Counted from the stretch's first letter, positions 14,201 through 28,089 are shown. The stretch: 64,000 bases of DNA from Eledone cirrhosa (GCA_964016885.1 OZ024740.1:76942001-77006000), one strand, 5' to 3'. Program-made: numbers and translations. The notes: a model not told the origin generated them from the letters alone.

Positions 14201-14533
14201 GTTGAATTCTTCTAGTATTGGTTATTCCAATATCTTGGAATTCCAACTGCTGCGTTTTTGAAACTATGTTTGGTGTATTATATAAATTTAAATTGACTTT
14301 TTGTTAGTAAATTTGACTCATAACCTCCTCAAAGTGAGATTTGTATGTGTGTCTGTATACGAATTTACATGCATATGTAGAACGATCTGCATGTGTCTAT
14401 GAATATATATATGTATATGAAAAAAAAGTATTAGAAACAGTTAAATTTGTAGAGTTATTTATTAATATATATATATAATATATTATAAAAATAATAGGAG
14501 GCTGGGCTGGTGTACTTCCTTGAAAGGTTTATT

Positions 14534-14591
14534 ATACCATGATCATTTCAATGACCGGGTTCAGTATGAATCCGGTGACACCACCAGGTAT
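14534..14591 (-). ncRNA. Degenerate hammerhead motif
   Basis: atac-CTGGTGG-(accggattca/tgaacccggt)-GAAA-tgatc-ATG-gtat-AATAAA; three core positions read G instead of A. Confidence 0.55.
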
Positions 14592-14649
14592 TTGAAATAT
14601 AACAAAGGAATACAATAGACAAAATCCATGGGGCTGAAAAATCAGAAAC

Positions 14650-14731
14650 ATGAGGGCGATCGAACCTTCAGCATCTTATACCCTGGACGGCTTCCTCCAA
14701 GGGTAGATGCTGAAAGTTCGGTCGCCCTCAT
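14650..14731. repeat. Inverted repeat, 27-bp arms
   Basis: atgagggcgatcgaaccttcagcatct / agatgctgaaagttcggtcgccctcat. Confidence 0.75.
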
Positions 14732-15251
14732 AATGCTAAACTCTGCAAGTCATTTTGTTCTGGTATTTATATTACATCTGGTAATACCTGATAAATAAGT
14801 CCCTATTCTTTAAAGTATAATACACGGTTATACAAAGATTTAATCATCTCAGCTCAGCTGTAGCTTATAGCTGATATAAAAAGCTAAAAGCTATCAGTTT
14901 CTTCATGGATATAAAATGAGGGTACTTGTTCGTTGAAAGATAGCAAACTGAGTCGTGAGAGTGTCAGGATAATTGACTCGATTTAGCTCTTTGCACTCTA
15001 AAATGGTCAGAAAACTTCTATATGTGATAAACATAACATGTACATAAATTGTAGCGCATAGCCAAATAGATGTGTGTTTGGGTAGTTTGGGAGAAAATAT
15101 AATTATTGGAAGGGATATGCTCCCCCCACCAGTTCCAGTGCCTCTATATATATAATTTAAAAAAATGATTCGCTGTGCCATTTCCTAAGGGGTTAATATA
15201 TCGAGCTTCTTCGCATTTGGTAAGAAACTATTATACCCAATTTATGCATCT

Positions 15252-15299
<48 letters not shown>

Positions 15300-15308
<9 letters not shown>

Positions 15309-15670
15309 CGTAAAATAAGAAAATTATAAAATTAACTTACTTACTAAAATATCACTTCCAACTAATTAGTTTCTGGAATGGAGTAAATATATTTTCCGAA
15401 GAAGATATAGAGAAACATTCCGTCGTCAGGGAAGTCTATTCTCAGCTAAGTTTCCAGGCAAAGCGAGGACTCTGGAAACTTATTAAAAAATAATTCAGGG
15501 GATAGGAAATAGCAAAGCGTGGACTGAATTCCTAGCCATTGAGAAAATCACTGCCTCTGCGTCTGTGGCAAATTCAAAAAGAATCAATAATTTTCTTATT
15601 TTACGTCTCTCATATTATTGTTCTGCAACCCCATGCATTGAACCACAATGTTACTAAGACAAAACTTATA
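15300..15670. mobile_element. Family F fold-back element
   Basis: atgagagacgtaaaataagaaaatt (15301) is inverted at about 15589-15614, then a unique tail; TA-flanked. Confidence 0.7.
15354..15435 (-). ncRNA. Type I hammerhead ribozyme motif
   Basis: acttcc-CTGACGA-cggaatg...cattcca-GAAA-ctaatta-GTT-ggaagt; 6-bp stem I and palindromic AACTAATTAGTT stem III. Confidence 0.8.
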
Positions 15671-15723
15671 TATTTGCTAGCATTGATATGCATCTGTATG
15701 TATATATATGTTACTAGATATTA

Positions 15724-15789
<66 letters not shown>

Positions 15790-15792
<3 letters not shown>

Positions 15793-15975
15793 TCATTTAT
15801 TATGGCTCTTGGTGAACTTTGTTACCCTAAAGTTTCACCTGCGCACTCAGAGGATCACCAATCTTGTCTGGTGAGTACGCAGGTGAGACTCCAGAGTAAC
15901 ATCGCTTAGCCATAATAAATGAATATTTAAACTCTACTTCGGTACTGAGTTTTCGTTCCTAGGTCCGTTAATAAT
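15790..15975 (+). mobile_element. Family G fold-back element with degenerate hammerhead (15864-15901)
   Basis: Arms attcatttattatggct / agccataataaatgaat. Motif is ttgt-CTGGTGA..GAGAC-tccaga-GTA-aca; the opposite arm retains GAAAC. Confidence 0.65.
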
Positions 15976-15982
15976 TGATGTA

Positions 15983-16340
15983 TATTCAGGTCTTGAATAA
16001 TCGTTCCCACGCCCCGCTTATTAATTTGTTAGATCACCCCCCCCGCCTCCCTCCCCCCACACACACGCTTTTTATCCAACCCACACACCCCACCTGCTTA
16101 TTAAATTTTGCTAATCTATCTTTGGCGAAATTTTATTGTAAGTGATTCATATTGATACAGCAACTGCAGAATCTAATAATTATTTTATTTTACATTAAAA
16201 AACATTATATGTGACAAAAAAGAAGTTACAAGAAATCCCATATTTACAAAGGTACACCATGCAATTACTGATTTCCCAAGAACCCCCCCCCCCCCCCCAT
16301 CATTATTGCTACCCCTCCTATTATTTGGGACCCAAGAGTG
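15983..16340. mobile_element. Probable non-autonomous DNA element; second copy at about 40900-41297
   Basis: Shared ttaaatttt(g/a)ctaatctatct..gaaattttatt, ttacaagaaatcc and cctattattt.gga.c ends. Confidence 0.5.
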
Positions 16341-16359
16341 CCACCAAACTCTCCTCCTC

Positions 16360-17157
16360 TCCATGCCTATCACACAAAACTCTCTTTTAATCCCCCTCTC
16401 TGTATCTACTAAACCAAACTCTACCCCTCTCGAAATCTGCCACGACAGCGCCTCTCATATCCCACTCTCTATATATAAGACTAATACACTATCTCACTCT
16501 TTATAAATATCTACACTTATCTCTCCCAATCCACCTCTGTATATCTATCACCCCTCTCGATATCTACTACAAGGCTCTCTCTCATTATCACTCTCTGTAT
16601 ATCTACAACCACCAAATTCTCCCCCTCTCTATATCTACTATACGGTTCTCCCCCTTTCTATATTTATCAATACCTATAACTACCAATCCTTTCACTCCAA
16701 ACTCTCCCCCTCTCTACATCAACCATAGAACCGTCTCTCTAAATCCCCCTCTATATATCAATTAACACCAAACTCTCCCCCTCTCTATATCTAATACATG
16801 GAATTCTATTCCAATACCCTTTTCTATATCAATTAAAACCAAACTATCCTCCTCTCTATAGGTAATATACACCACACTCTCCAAATCCCCTCTTTATATC
16901 TACCATACAACACTCTCTCTCATTCTCTCTCATTCTATCTATCACTGCCAAACACTCTCTCTCACTATATTTATCAATACCTATCTCTATCAATTTGCTC
17001 CCTTTATTCATTACCACCAAATTCTCCCCCTCTCTACATCAACCACACAACATACTCTCCTAATCCTACTCTATATCAATTAGCACCCAACTCTTTCCCT
17101 CTCTATATCTACTGCAAGGAACTCTCTTCCAATCCCCCTCTCTATATCAATTACCAC
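16360..17157. repeat. Degenerate CT-rich minisatellite, resumes at 22895-23220
   Basis: Recurrent accaaactctccccctctctatatc units on both sides of the LINE. Confidence 0.75.
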
Positions 17158-17357
17158 TTGATATAGACGTGAATTACTTCGCTCCGGATTTTCACGGATT
17201 ATTGTCAAAAAAAACTGAGTTCATTGCTCAATTTAATAGCATTGTTTAGTTTAACCTCTTGCCTGGGCCGTCAGACGTTGAGTCAACTAATTTTCGCCCC
17301 TTTCTGGGGCGAAATTTTCATTTTCATCTCAAAACTGTGTAGACTTGGTAGTCAGCA

Positions 17358-19181
17358 ATGGATGCCATTTCCACCTCGCACACTGTCGTGAGTGCCACGC
17401 CCACTAAGAAAAGTGGTGGAGGGAAGGTAGGAGTACAAAGCTTGCAGCCTTCCTCCCTCGCATTATCGAAAAACGTTGAAAATATTGAAACCACGAAACC
17501 AAACCCGGTAAATAATACCAGCACCAACAACAAGAACAATGACAATAACACCACAACCAACAACTGCAACAATAGCAACACCAAGGAAAACATGAACAAT
17601 ATTACCAACAGTGACAACAACAGCAGCAACAAAAAAGACAACACCAAAACAACATTCGCACAGACTGTAAAAAAAAACGAACTATACACGCCAATAGACA
17701 GAACAAATGCTAAACAACTATTACAAGACGCAAAACAATTCGTGACTTTTGGCGAAAACGGTGCTTTTAGCATCAATTCTCCACAGGAATTACGTAGAGA
17801 GGCTGTCCTGAAAACTGTGGTTTTCAGGACAATATCGAACGAAACAAGAAAACCAGCTCAATTATCACAAAATGAAATTGTATGGTTCTAAAAGATGCAA
17901 TGAAGGACATAACCTTCATACAAAAAGGTAAACTGTTTGGTAGCATTTCGGTGCTAATGAACAACCAGTCAACAGCACAAAAGTACTCGGTATCACCCAT
18001 TGTGTCCCCCCGCTTCACCTTTTTCCCCACATACAGGGGAAAAAGGACACAAAGAATAAAAATAATGAGTATCACACCAAATGTAAATATTTGGTGGATA
18101 CTATGTGGAATCATTGACTTTGATGAAGACACGATCATTTCAATAGGAAAGTCCACCGGAGGTGTATTTGGTGGGACCAGCGTAGAAGTTCTGGTGCAAA
18201 TGAGCCCAGAAAGAATAGCGAATATCCCACAACGCGTGCCTCTGGACGGGCTAACTTATATAAACATTTCAGTGGAGGGAAGGCGGCCGTCATGTTACCA
18301 CTGCTGCTTAAGCAGGGGTCACCTGAGGGCTGCCTGTCCTCAATTAACGAGTAAAAAAAAAAGGCTCTTCTGCCAACCCCGAACACAACACAACCACCAC
18401 CACCACCACCACCACCACAACAACAACAACAACAACAACAACCACAAAAACACGGAAAAATAACAACACAAAACACTGTTCTACCCAACCACTCCCCACC
18501 TAAAACAAATACAAAAGCAACCACAACAAAACCCCAAAATATACCCCTCCCCAACAACACGGAAGAGGACTCCGTATCAACGTCACCCAGTGACGACGAG
18601 GGAGAACCCTTTCAACAGGTGAAAAGGAAAAAAAAAGGTACCACATTAACAAAAATGCTACAAACACACAACCACCAGCACAAACAGAACAAACATCACA
18701 AACAAAAAAACCCACCCCTCCCCAAAACATAACACATACTACAAAACGCAAACACGCACAAGAACAACAAACAAAAACAAACACAACACAACAAAAACTC
18801 TATACATACATTAACAAGAACAATAAAACTTTAATGAAAGCGATAGAAAATAACCCTTCGGTGGAAACCGAAGGGATCACTTTCACCTACGCAGCGAAGA
18901 AACCGCACCTAATGATGATTAGGGTCCCAACGGAAACTTATGTAACTTTGAAAAAGAACCATCCAATGCATGTGGGGACCAACTGCACCAAACCACTTAA
19001 CCACGTCCTATTGCGATGTTTCCCCACCTCCACACCAGACACCCACACCCCACCAAACACCCTAATCCCACCACACACTGATGTCCTCACCCCACCACAA
19101 ACCACCACCCCACCAAACAACCCTTCCAACACCCCATGGAAATTGTGCAGCCTGGTCCCCAGGAGACGAGGAGGAAAGTAA
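17358..19181 (+). pseudogene. Tx1-like ORF1 (frameshifted) with zinc knuckle
   Basis: Three ORF pieces; VEGRRPSCYHCCLSRGHLRAACP CCHC-like knuckle; low-complexity N/T/P stretches. Confidence 0.75.
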
Positions 19182-19224
19182 TTTCCTTTCCTTTCCTCTT
19201 CCTTTTTACCTCTTCAGCACCAGC

Positions 19225-22200
19225 ATGGCCAATATAAGAGTTGGATGTGTGAATGCACGCGGCCTGGGGATGTCCTGGAAACAGGGCAAACTCTTAAATG
19301 ACCTCAGGTCGCACAGAGTGGATGTAATGGTTATTTGCGAGTCCAGGATCAGCAGTGAGCGCCAACTAGCCCCCATCTTCGACGACTTTGAGATCTACGC
19401 ATCTCTCTGTCAGCCGAGGGGTGGGGGTGGGGTTGTCGTTCTGCTGGGAAAATACCTGGGTCTTGCCACACAGAAGGTACACCTGGACCCGGAGGGTCGA
19501 CTGGAGGTTTTAGACGTCGGCAGTGGTGAAGGTGGAGCTTTCAGGCTGGTGGCAGCGTATGCCCCATCTGGGACACCGCGACCGGACTTTTTCCGACGCC
19601 TGGAGAATTTCCTGGGAACGTCTCGCTCCTTGCTTTTAGTGGGGGACTGGAATGGTATCCTGGATGTCGTTGGGACTATGTAGGGGCATGTCCCGATAGA
19701 GGGGGCTGTAACAGCCTCAAACGATTAATCGGCCGATTTGATCTGGCCGATAGATATCGACTAGATTTTCCGACTGTGCCACGGTGGACGTGGAGTAATC
19801 GCAGCAGAACATCTAGGTCGTACCTAGATAGGTTCCTAGTTAGAAATAAGGATAGGGACATATTAAGCTGTCCACGAATGTTCATGGTTGACTATTCGGA
19901 TCACAAGTTGGTGACCGGAGTGTTCAACCTTGATAGAACTCATAGACAGGGACCCGGTTACTGGAAGCTAAACTTGTCTTTACCGATAAACAAAGCTTAC
20001 AGTAAGCGGATTAGCACACTAGTTAAGCAGCGTTTTACGGGGGCAATTGTCAACAGCAGGTGGTGGGGCTCTCTCAAGAGAGAAATTAAAATAGAATCGA
20101 TAGGTTTTAGTCGGGAATTAGCATCAGATAGGAATAGAACTGAAAGGGAATTAACAAATAGAGTAGAAGAGGCGATTAGGAGTGGCAACGTGGCCGGCGT
20201 GCTGGCGTCGAGAACGGCCCTAGACCAGTTCTTTGATGCGAGCACGAGGGCTGCGTTGTCAGGAGTAAAATACGTGCTCTGGGTAACGAGGGAGCCAAAG
20301 CTGTTAGCTGGGCCCGAATGACAGAGGCAAAAAGTGGAAACAAGTCCACGATTCGGTCTTTGAAGGACCAGGATGGACGCGTGATCCTTGAACCTAGGCG
20401 GATGAGCGCGGCCTTTCAACTGCGCTTTGCACCACTGTTCGGGAGGGGCGGCGGGCCGGGTGGGGCCATGGATTTCGGTCCATACCTCTACGGTCTGGCG
20501 CGGCTCTCGGACGGGGAGGCGAAGTCCTGCGAGAGGCCGATTTCAGCCGCTGAAATAGGGGAAGCGCTGAGCCAATGCGGCAAACGCAAATCTCCGGTTC
20601 TCGATGGTCTACCATACGAACTTTATGTAGCGATGCCGGGCTTGTTCTCCAGTCTCCTCGAGGCGGTCTACTGCAACTGGCAACAGAACGGGAGAATTCC
20701 CAGTTCTGTGACCAAGGGCGTAGTCACGCTGGTGAGGAAGGACGAGAACAAGGGGGATGACATAGATAACTTCAGGCCCATAACCCTGCTAAACACAGAG
20801 TTAAAGATATTGGCCAAGGTGTTAGCGAAGAGGTTGGCGCTTGTCTTCGGGAACCTGGTGGGAGAAGCGCAGACATGCGCAATCCCGTCCAAGTCCATAC
20901 ACGACAACCTCCACCTCATGCGATACATCGTAGAGAGGGTAGGGAACGAACCCGGTTTGGTGGGGCCCTGATCAACTTGTATTAATCTAAGGCGTTCGAT
21001 AGGGTTGACCATCGGTACCTGGATGCGGTGCTCGTGGCGGCAGGCTTCGGACCCGTTTTCAGGGGCTGGATTGCTGCAATGCACAGCAGCAACACCTGCT
21101 CGAGGGTCAAGGTGAACGGCTACCTCTCGGAGCCGTTCCAAATCAGGCGATCCATCCGACAGGGATTCCCTCTCTCCTCCCTCCTGTATGTGCTGGCTCT
21201 CGAGCCACTACTGCGGAAGCTGGAGCTGTTGCAGGGCATCCCCTTGGAACCGGGATTGCGGAAAGCGGTGTCGGCCTACGCCGATGACGTGACAGTAATG
21301 GTGTCGTGCGCCTCGGAAATCAGGCAGATCGGCACCTTACTGGAGGAATATGAAGGCTCACAGGAGCCAAGCTAAACCGGGACAAGTCCGTCGGTTTGCA
21401 ACTCAGGACGTGGAGGGGCAAAACGATGCCCTCCGACGGCATAGTCGGACGCTGGACGGAGGGACCGGTGAAGCTGCTCGGGGTCTGGTTCGGACCGGAC
21501 CTCCAGGTGGAGAAAAACTGGGACGAGGTAACGGGAAAGGTGTTTGCACTCGCCCAGAAGTGGGCCGAGTGCAAATTATCCCTGAAAGGTCGAGCGGAGG
21601 TGGCGAACGCTTATATAGCGTCCGTCATCTACTACCGCTTGACCGTCGTGCCTTGCCCAGAGAAAACACTCGCCAAAATGGAGCGCGCGCTCTTCCGATT
21701 TCTTTGGAAGAAGCGGGCCCCTTTGGTGAGAAGATCCATCTGCTGTCAACACCCTTCGAACGGAGGGCTGGGGATGTCGTGGCTGACGATGCGTAGACAC
21801 GCATTAAGGCTACGGCACCTCCAGGTTTTCCTTACTGGTCAGCCGGTGTGGGCTCTGTTTGTGAGGCGAGCCTTTCCCAGACTCGTCTCACTCACCGAGC
21901 TGCAATCCTGGGTCAAGCAAAGACCGAGAAAAGTGGGCGACTGGCACATTGAATGTGCCCAGGCGCTCACGGCCCTCTGGCAAGCGGATACGGCAATCAG
22001 TGGAGACTCAACCTCAACATTCTATAGAGGGTTGGTGCGCAGCAAGCGTGACGACGCTCTCGGAGAGGCTCTGGGCATGGAGGAAGACGAGCTAGCCAGT
22101 CTGTTCGGTAGGACGTTTGGCCCGGGACCGATGGACAACTTCCAAAAGTCCCTGGCTTGGCAATGTTACCGAGGAGCTCTACCCGTTCGGGACAAGCTCT

Positions 22201-22655
22201 ACAGACACGGGCGCCCGGGTAGGGACCCCTCGAAGATCTGTCCGAGATGCGTGCGTGACGAGGAAACCGTCCCACACGCATTCGTACACTGCCCGGGCGT
22301 TGCTGACCTGTGGGGCTATGTGGAACGACTACTGTAGCGGGTGGGACCAATCCGGTTGACCACCGAGAACATTGTCACGATCAAACCGCCTCCCCCTTTC
22401 AAAAACGAAGAAGAGGCGGTTTTCCTCTGTGTGATAGCTATGGCGAAAGAAGTTGTATGGTGGACAAGGTTGAAAGGGCTGAGGTCAGACACCTTTCTCT
22501 CCGGTCAACAACTGGTCTTTTTTTTCAAGTACCACTTTAGAAGAAGGATCAGAATGGAGAGAGAGGTGCTCTACTCCAGCAAGTTTTATGAAAGGTGGGT
22601 GAAAGTAGCGAGAATGGCCCGAGTGAATGGGCCTTCTCTCTATATCAGCCTGTAG
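19225..22655 (+). pseudogene. Tx1-like ORF2 (APE-RT-zinc finger), disrupted
   Basis: NARGL, GDWN, SYLDRF, SDH, GPGYWKLN, FRPITLLN, KAFDRVDH, RQGFPLS, AYADD, GGLG, CPRC..EETVPHAFVHC; several stops and frameshifts. Confidence 0.93.
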
Positions 22656-23636
22656 GTGAGAGAGGAGAAGAATGAGAAGAGGAAGGAAGCACCCGCTCTT
22701 TGTGCTCCTGAAGAGGAGGGTTGCACATTTTTCGGGGGTGTGTGCGACCCATGTCAACGCCCCTCCCTATTGAGGACATCGATTGTTAAATTTAATTTGT
22801 TATATGTTTTTTTACACGTCTTTTTAAATGTATGTAAACTCCCCCCTTTGTATTTGTCCCAATCTTTGATGCCCTGGTGGCAAATAAATAGAAATATATA
22901 TCTACTACATCTCTCTCTATAACTACTATACATTACTCTCTTCCAATACTCCTCTATCTATCAATTAGCTCCAAACTCCCCCCTCTTTACATCTAATATA
23001 CAACACACTCTCCCAACCCCCTCACTATATCAATTGCCACCAAACTATCCCCCTCTCTATATCTACTATATAACACTCTATCTCATTCCCTCTCACTCTA
23101 TCCATCACTACGAAACTCTCTCCCTTTCTATATCTATCACTAACTATCTCTATCAGTCCTCTCTATATCAATGACCACCTCTCTATTTCTATATCTACCC
23201 CTCCAATCTGTCCCTACATAACATCTACATACATTGTAGCGCAAATACAGATATGTGTTTTGGTAGTTTGAGGAGAAAAATATAATTATTGAGGGGGCAT
23301 GTCCCTCCTGCCCACCCACCCCACCTCAGTTCCACCGGTCCTGATTAGTATTGAGGGTCTGTTCAACTGTCCATTATGGTGTTAGTTCATCACTAATATC
23401 TATCTTTATGTTTGTTTATTCTTGCCTTAATTTTGCAAATATAATAGTATAAAGTAGGTCATTTGACCACTGAGGGGTAATTTTTATTTTAAATTGTCCT
23501 TTGTCTGTGCTCAAATTTTTTTTTTAAAGTTTATTGTTTATAAATTTTGAAATTGATATTTTCCGTGAAGGGTGGGGTGCACCAGAATCTACCCTTGCCT
23601 AGGGTGTCAGATAATCTGGCGTCGGCGCTGTGTGTA

Positions 23637-23811
23637 CAGGTAAAATCCGTTATAACGAATACCATTATAACGAATTTTTCAGTATAACAAACATTTTTTC
23701 AATCCCCGGCCACACGCTCGATATGTTAAGTCGATCTCGTTATAAAGAATTTTTCGTTACAACGAATTTCTTTTATAGCCCCGTGAATTTCGTTATAACG
23801 GAAATTCACTG
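23637..23811. mobile_element. Tigger/pogo-like MITE
   Basis: TIRs caggtaaaatccgttataacgaa / ttcgttataacggaaattcactg, TA on the left, internal cgttataacga palindromes. Confidence 0.8.
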
Positions 23812-24001
23812 CATAGGCTTCCTTAAAGTTGCAGCTTCTTGAATCGTAATTCCGAATTACACATTGTGGATTACCATACCGTTTGAATAATTGGCAACAT
23901 AAAACTCATAATTACGATTATAATAATATTAATATAGTAATAATAATTATTACATATAAGTATATGCATATACAGAGAGAAGGAGAGGAAATGGAGTGAA
24001 T

Positions 24002-24003
<2 letters not shown>

Positions 24004-24063
<60 letters not shown>

Positions 24064-24090
24064 TGTTGTAGTAGTAGTAGTAATAGTAGT
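24004..24090. repeat. (TAG)n microsatellite
   Basis: Direct reading. Confidence 0.95.
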
Positions 24091-24199
24091 AAAAGACGAG
24101 ATTCTATTGCAGGTAGGATGGTGTGGGGAAGCAAGCTGTTAAACGAGAGATATATAGAAATAGTATGTAAAGTAATTATAGGAGAGAATACTTAGAAAC

Positions 24200-24231
<32 letters not shown>

Positions 24232-25219
24232 GTATATAAGTATATATATGTATGTATATAAGTATATATACATTTGGATATTTCTAGCAGATGTCTTCTT
24301 GTATTGTCTTTCCCCTCCATTTCATATTTCCTGCTATAATAAAACAACAAACTTCCCGCTATTTATATACTCATCTTATTTTCTTTTATGATTTTATTGT
24401 TGTTGTTGTTGTTCTTGTTAATCTAGTTGTTGTTGTTTAGCCCCAGGTCGGCCCTGATCCAGCAGACTAAGATTCAAAGCATTCAAACCATGATCATGTC
24501 CGTATTTTTTTCTTCCTGAGAATAGAGCAATTTCGACTACATTTTACATGGCCGGATGGCAAAGGAGTTTGTTCCAAAATACTGTGATTTCGAGTTCGAA
24601 CCCAATTTAAGGTATTTTGGAAAAAATGTATTTTACCATAGCCACAGGTCGACCCAAACCTTATGAGGCGAAATGGATGGTTTATTGTTGGTAAAATTTT
24701 AATTTGGGAGATGAAACTAAGTTTAGTATTTATGTCCTGTGGCGGATTAGCAGAATACTTTTTGAGCCTTGTGCCATTTAGTTACGTTCCTTTTCATTCT
24801 CAATTAAAATCCTGTCAATGTCATCCTTGCTTTCCCTTTTTCCATGCGAAATAAAATAAAATGCCAATTTCGATATGCTTGACTGATTCCCCCACCACAT
24901 TTGCATGGTCGTGTACCAAGTTAATAAATCAATATTTTCGTCTATACGTAAAACTTGTATAACTTTACCTAGTGAGTTCAAATCTCACGATGGTCATCCT
25001 TTCTTTTGACCATTCCTGGCCCAATAAATTAATGGTTTCTACTTTTGGCACAAGGCCAGCAATTACCCAGTACGTTACTGGTACTTTATTTTATCGACCC
25101 CGTAAGGATCAAAGACAAAGTAAACCTCGACGAGATTTGAACTCAGACCTGGCTCAATAAAATAATATCAGTTAAATACTGGAGTCAATAAAATCGTTTA
25201 TACCCTCCATTACATTTAC

Positions 25220-25356
25220 CTATATAAAATATAGGCCTCCTTCGTACGTGATAGACAATAGATTTACTCTTGAAAATTTCCTCTCCAAGGTATAAGCCTG
25301 GTTCTCTCCACACCGCTGATAATGCCTCAGTATCATCAGAAGCGACTGACTTCTTC
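25220..25356 (-). CDS. Possible internal coding exon of an unidentified host gene
   Basis: cattcAG acceptor, ag|GTAAAT donor, 137 bp open in one frame (KKSVASDDTEALSAVWREPGLYLGEEIFKSKSIVYHVRRRPIFYI); no recognisable homology. Confidence 0.25.
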
Positions 25357-27820
25357 CTGAATGTAAATGACCGTAACTCTAAACGTTGTTATCCGCTTCC
25401 AAACCCCTGGCGCATGTTGTTTCGTCTTCGTCGTCGTTGTTGCTGTTGCTGATATTTACATCATTGCTTATATTATGTTGCAATGATAATTGCTGTTGCT
25501 TTTCTTCTTTAGCCCAAGGTCTGTTCTTATTGAAAAGATATACGATGAAAGGCAATCCAACCTTGAATACTCTGTTTTTCGTTCTTTTTTCAGACACAGT
25601 ATATCTAGAACCGCATTATCTAATGTGCCTTTTTGAAGACGGTAAGGTATGATTTAACTGCTATTTCTAACAAGACAGACAACCGCAGTAGAAGGCTCCT
25701 TCATTGGCTTCGGCTATTGTAATTGTTTTATGTTCTGGGTGTTATTGCCATACATCTACTGCAGAAAATACTAATCAACCATGAAACAACATAAGTGGGA
25801 ATATATTTAAAACAACAGAACTCGGAATATCTTTAGAATGGGTTCGAAGGAATCAATTCTCTTCCTGTTTTACTAAACTTGTGAATTGGCAGAGTGATTA
25901 GGGGATCGGATTAAATGTCTTAGTATATGCTTTGGCTCTCTCCGCCCTGAGTTAAAATCCTTTGAGCTAAGATTTCCCTTTCAGCAGTTGATAAATAAAA
26001 TACCAGTCAAGAGGCGGAATTGTTAAGAATGGGATGCTTTGGGGTATCAGATTCGAATTTGTGAGTTTGGAGTTGAAATGTCACCTTCTTTTTCAAGAAT
26101 TGAGACTGGAATATAGTGTCGGCAATGGAAAATCCAAATGAAATATAGTTTATTTGGTCTGATCTGACGATCGGTTTCTTTTCATTCCCTTACTAACAGT
26201 GAGATCAAGGCCTCTCCAATAAACTAGCATTGAATTATTAGAAAAGTGGTAAGCTGTGTTTCTATGTGTTTGCCAAAAGACGGCGAGGGTAGGGGTTTGG
26301 GGCACCCATGTCATTTTCCGAACCTCGTAGACTGGAAAGAGACAATACGACTTTGCTGTAATAGGAAGTAGTGCATCAATATAATTAACAGAAGACCTGC
26401 ACCAAATGTTTGCTACAGTGTAGACTCTACTAAAAATTCCTAATAACCAACTGATGGTGAGGGGGTCACGGCAGGAATACCTTTAATCATAGGTTTGTTT
26501 TATTATGAGTCAACTGTGGCTAAACAACAACTTCTACATGGGTACGAGTTTTAAGAAAGCTTTGTCTTGATCAAGTATAGAACTAAATTAATATTTTAAC
26601 TTAGGCATTTAAAAAACGTAGCATCAGCAAAAGAACACCAACCTGCCTGTTTCATAGATTGCTTTCGATTGCTACTCAATATAAGAAAGGTAAGCGTATA
26701 AGAGAAATTTATTTAAGTAACGTTTAAGAAATCATGTCTCAAAGTTACAAATAATTCTAAATATTAGTTCACTATTTCATAAGCAGACCCTTAACACTAA
26801 AGGAGATCAACGAAATTGTTCAAGTGTTAAGTGGTAAACGTGGATAAGAAAGGATTCATTATATGAATTAGCATCATTATAAAACCTTTTCAGTCAAAAT
26901 TTGATCCGGTGAGATTTGAATTCCGATCGACTGTAAAGTTAGAAGAAAAATTAGAAACGACTGAAATACCGTTTTCTAACTTAGGCACAATGTGAGCAAT
27001 TTGGGGTGAGAGGAATGTCGATACCATCTAATCAACTACTTGACTGGTACTTTATTTTATGTAGGAGGAAAGGCAAAGTTGAACTCGACAAGAATTGAAT
27101 TCAGAACGTAAAGTGCCGCAACAGATTCCATAAAGTATTTTGTCCGACGCTCTAACGATTCTGCCAATCTACCACCCTTTAATTATTCAAATTATGTACT
27201 TCACAAGAGAACCATTTATACAGATCAACCTTTATTAGAAGCCGCATTTAATACACACAACACGTCTGTATACCTATCTATCTACAATTTGTTAGTTTTT
27301 CGATGATCAATTATAAACAAGTTACAGCTAATTAGACCCCGTGAAATCTCCCATTAGACCCCTTATTGGAGTAACATCCGGGTTCCTTTGAAATATTGTC
27401 TAATTACTCGTAACCAGGTGTTGGCTATGCCACAGCTTTCTTTAAAAGACTGCAGAAACACTTGGTAACCTCCTCCGGTTCAGGTACCCTGTGACCTGAA
27501 GCAAGGTTAAGTGCCACTTATTAGTCGATTCAGCTAGAGAAGAGATAAATAAACAGAACATTTGACCCTTTCCAGGGTTCCACCGGAAGGCTTCCCTATT
27601 GGAAGTCATAGGATCTCTATATATCCAACAAAGTAATAATGACCCTTTATTTCTCAACGTTGGCAATGTAAATTCCACCTGAGTTCCATAGAAATGGAAT
27701 TTTGAAAAAGAAGTTGCAAATTGGATTAACATTTCCCTATTCGTCTGATATCCTTCATTATTATCATTTCGTTATAAGTATCTATTACTTTGTGTGTGTC
27801 TCTCGCTCTCCCCATCTATG

Positions 27821-27870
<50 letters not shown>

Positions 27871-27876
<6 letters not shown>

Positions 27877-28089
27877 TAACAGATTAACAGATTAAAGTTT
27901 AAGCAAAGAATCGCTGCTTTCGCCCTTAACGGGATCTTCTGAAACTAAAAGAGTCAGTCTGTGAACGCAGAAGTAAATAATTCAAAAAACGTTGCAACCG
28001 GAATATTTGCTCTACGTTTCTTATATATTTTATATATATTTATCCTTATCGAGCCCTCTTTGGATTTTAGTCTTCAAATTTATTATTAT

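Larger units (their letters stand above)
17160..22893 (+). mobile_element. Near full-length Tx1/L1-clade non-LTR retrotransposon
   Basis: ORF1 plus ORF2 architecture; 3' UTR ending ggcaaataaatagaaat; GC-rich ORF2; no clear TSD. Confidence 0.9.

Noticed and set aside
25318-25342. CTGATGA on minus as a hammerhead (also 29090 plus)
   Set aside because: There is no correctly placed GAAA, stem III or stem I.
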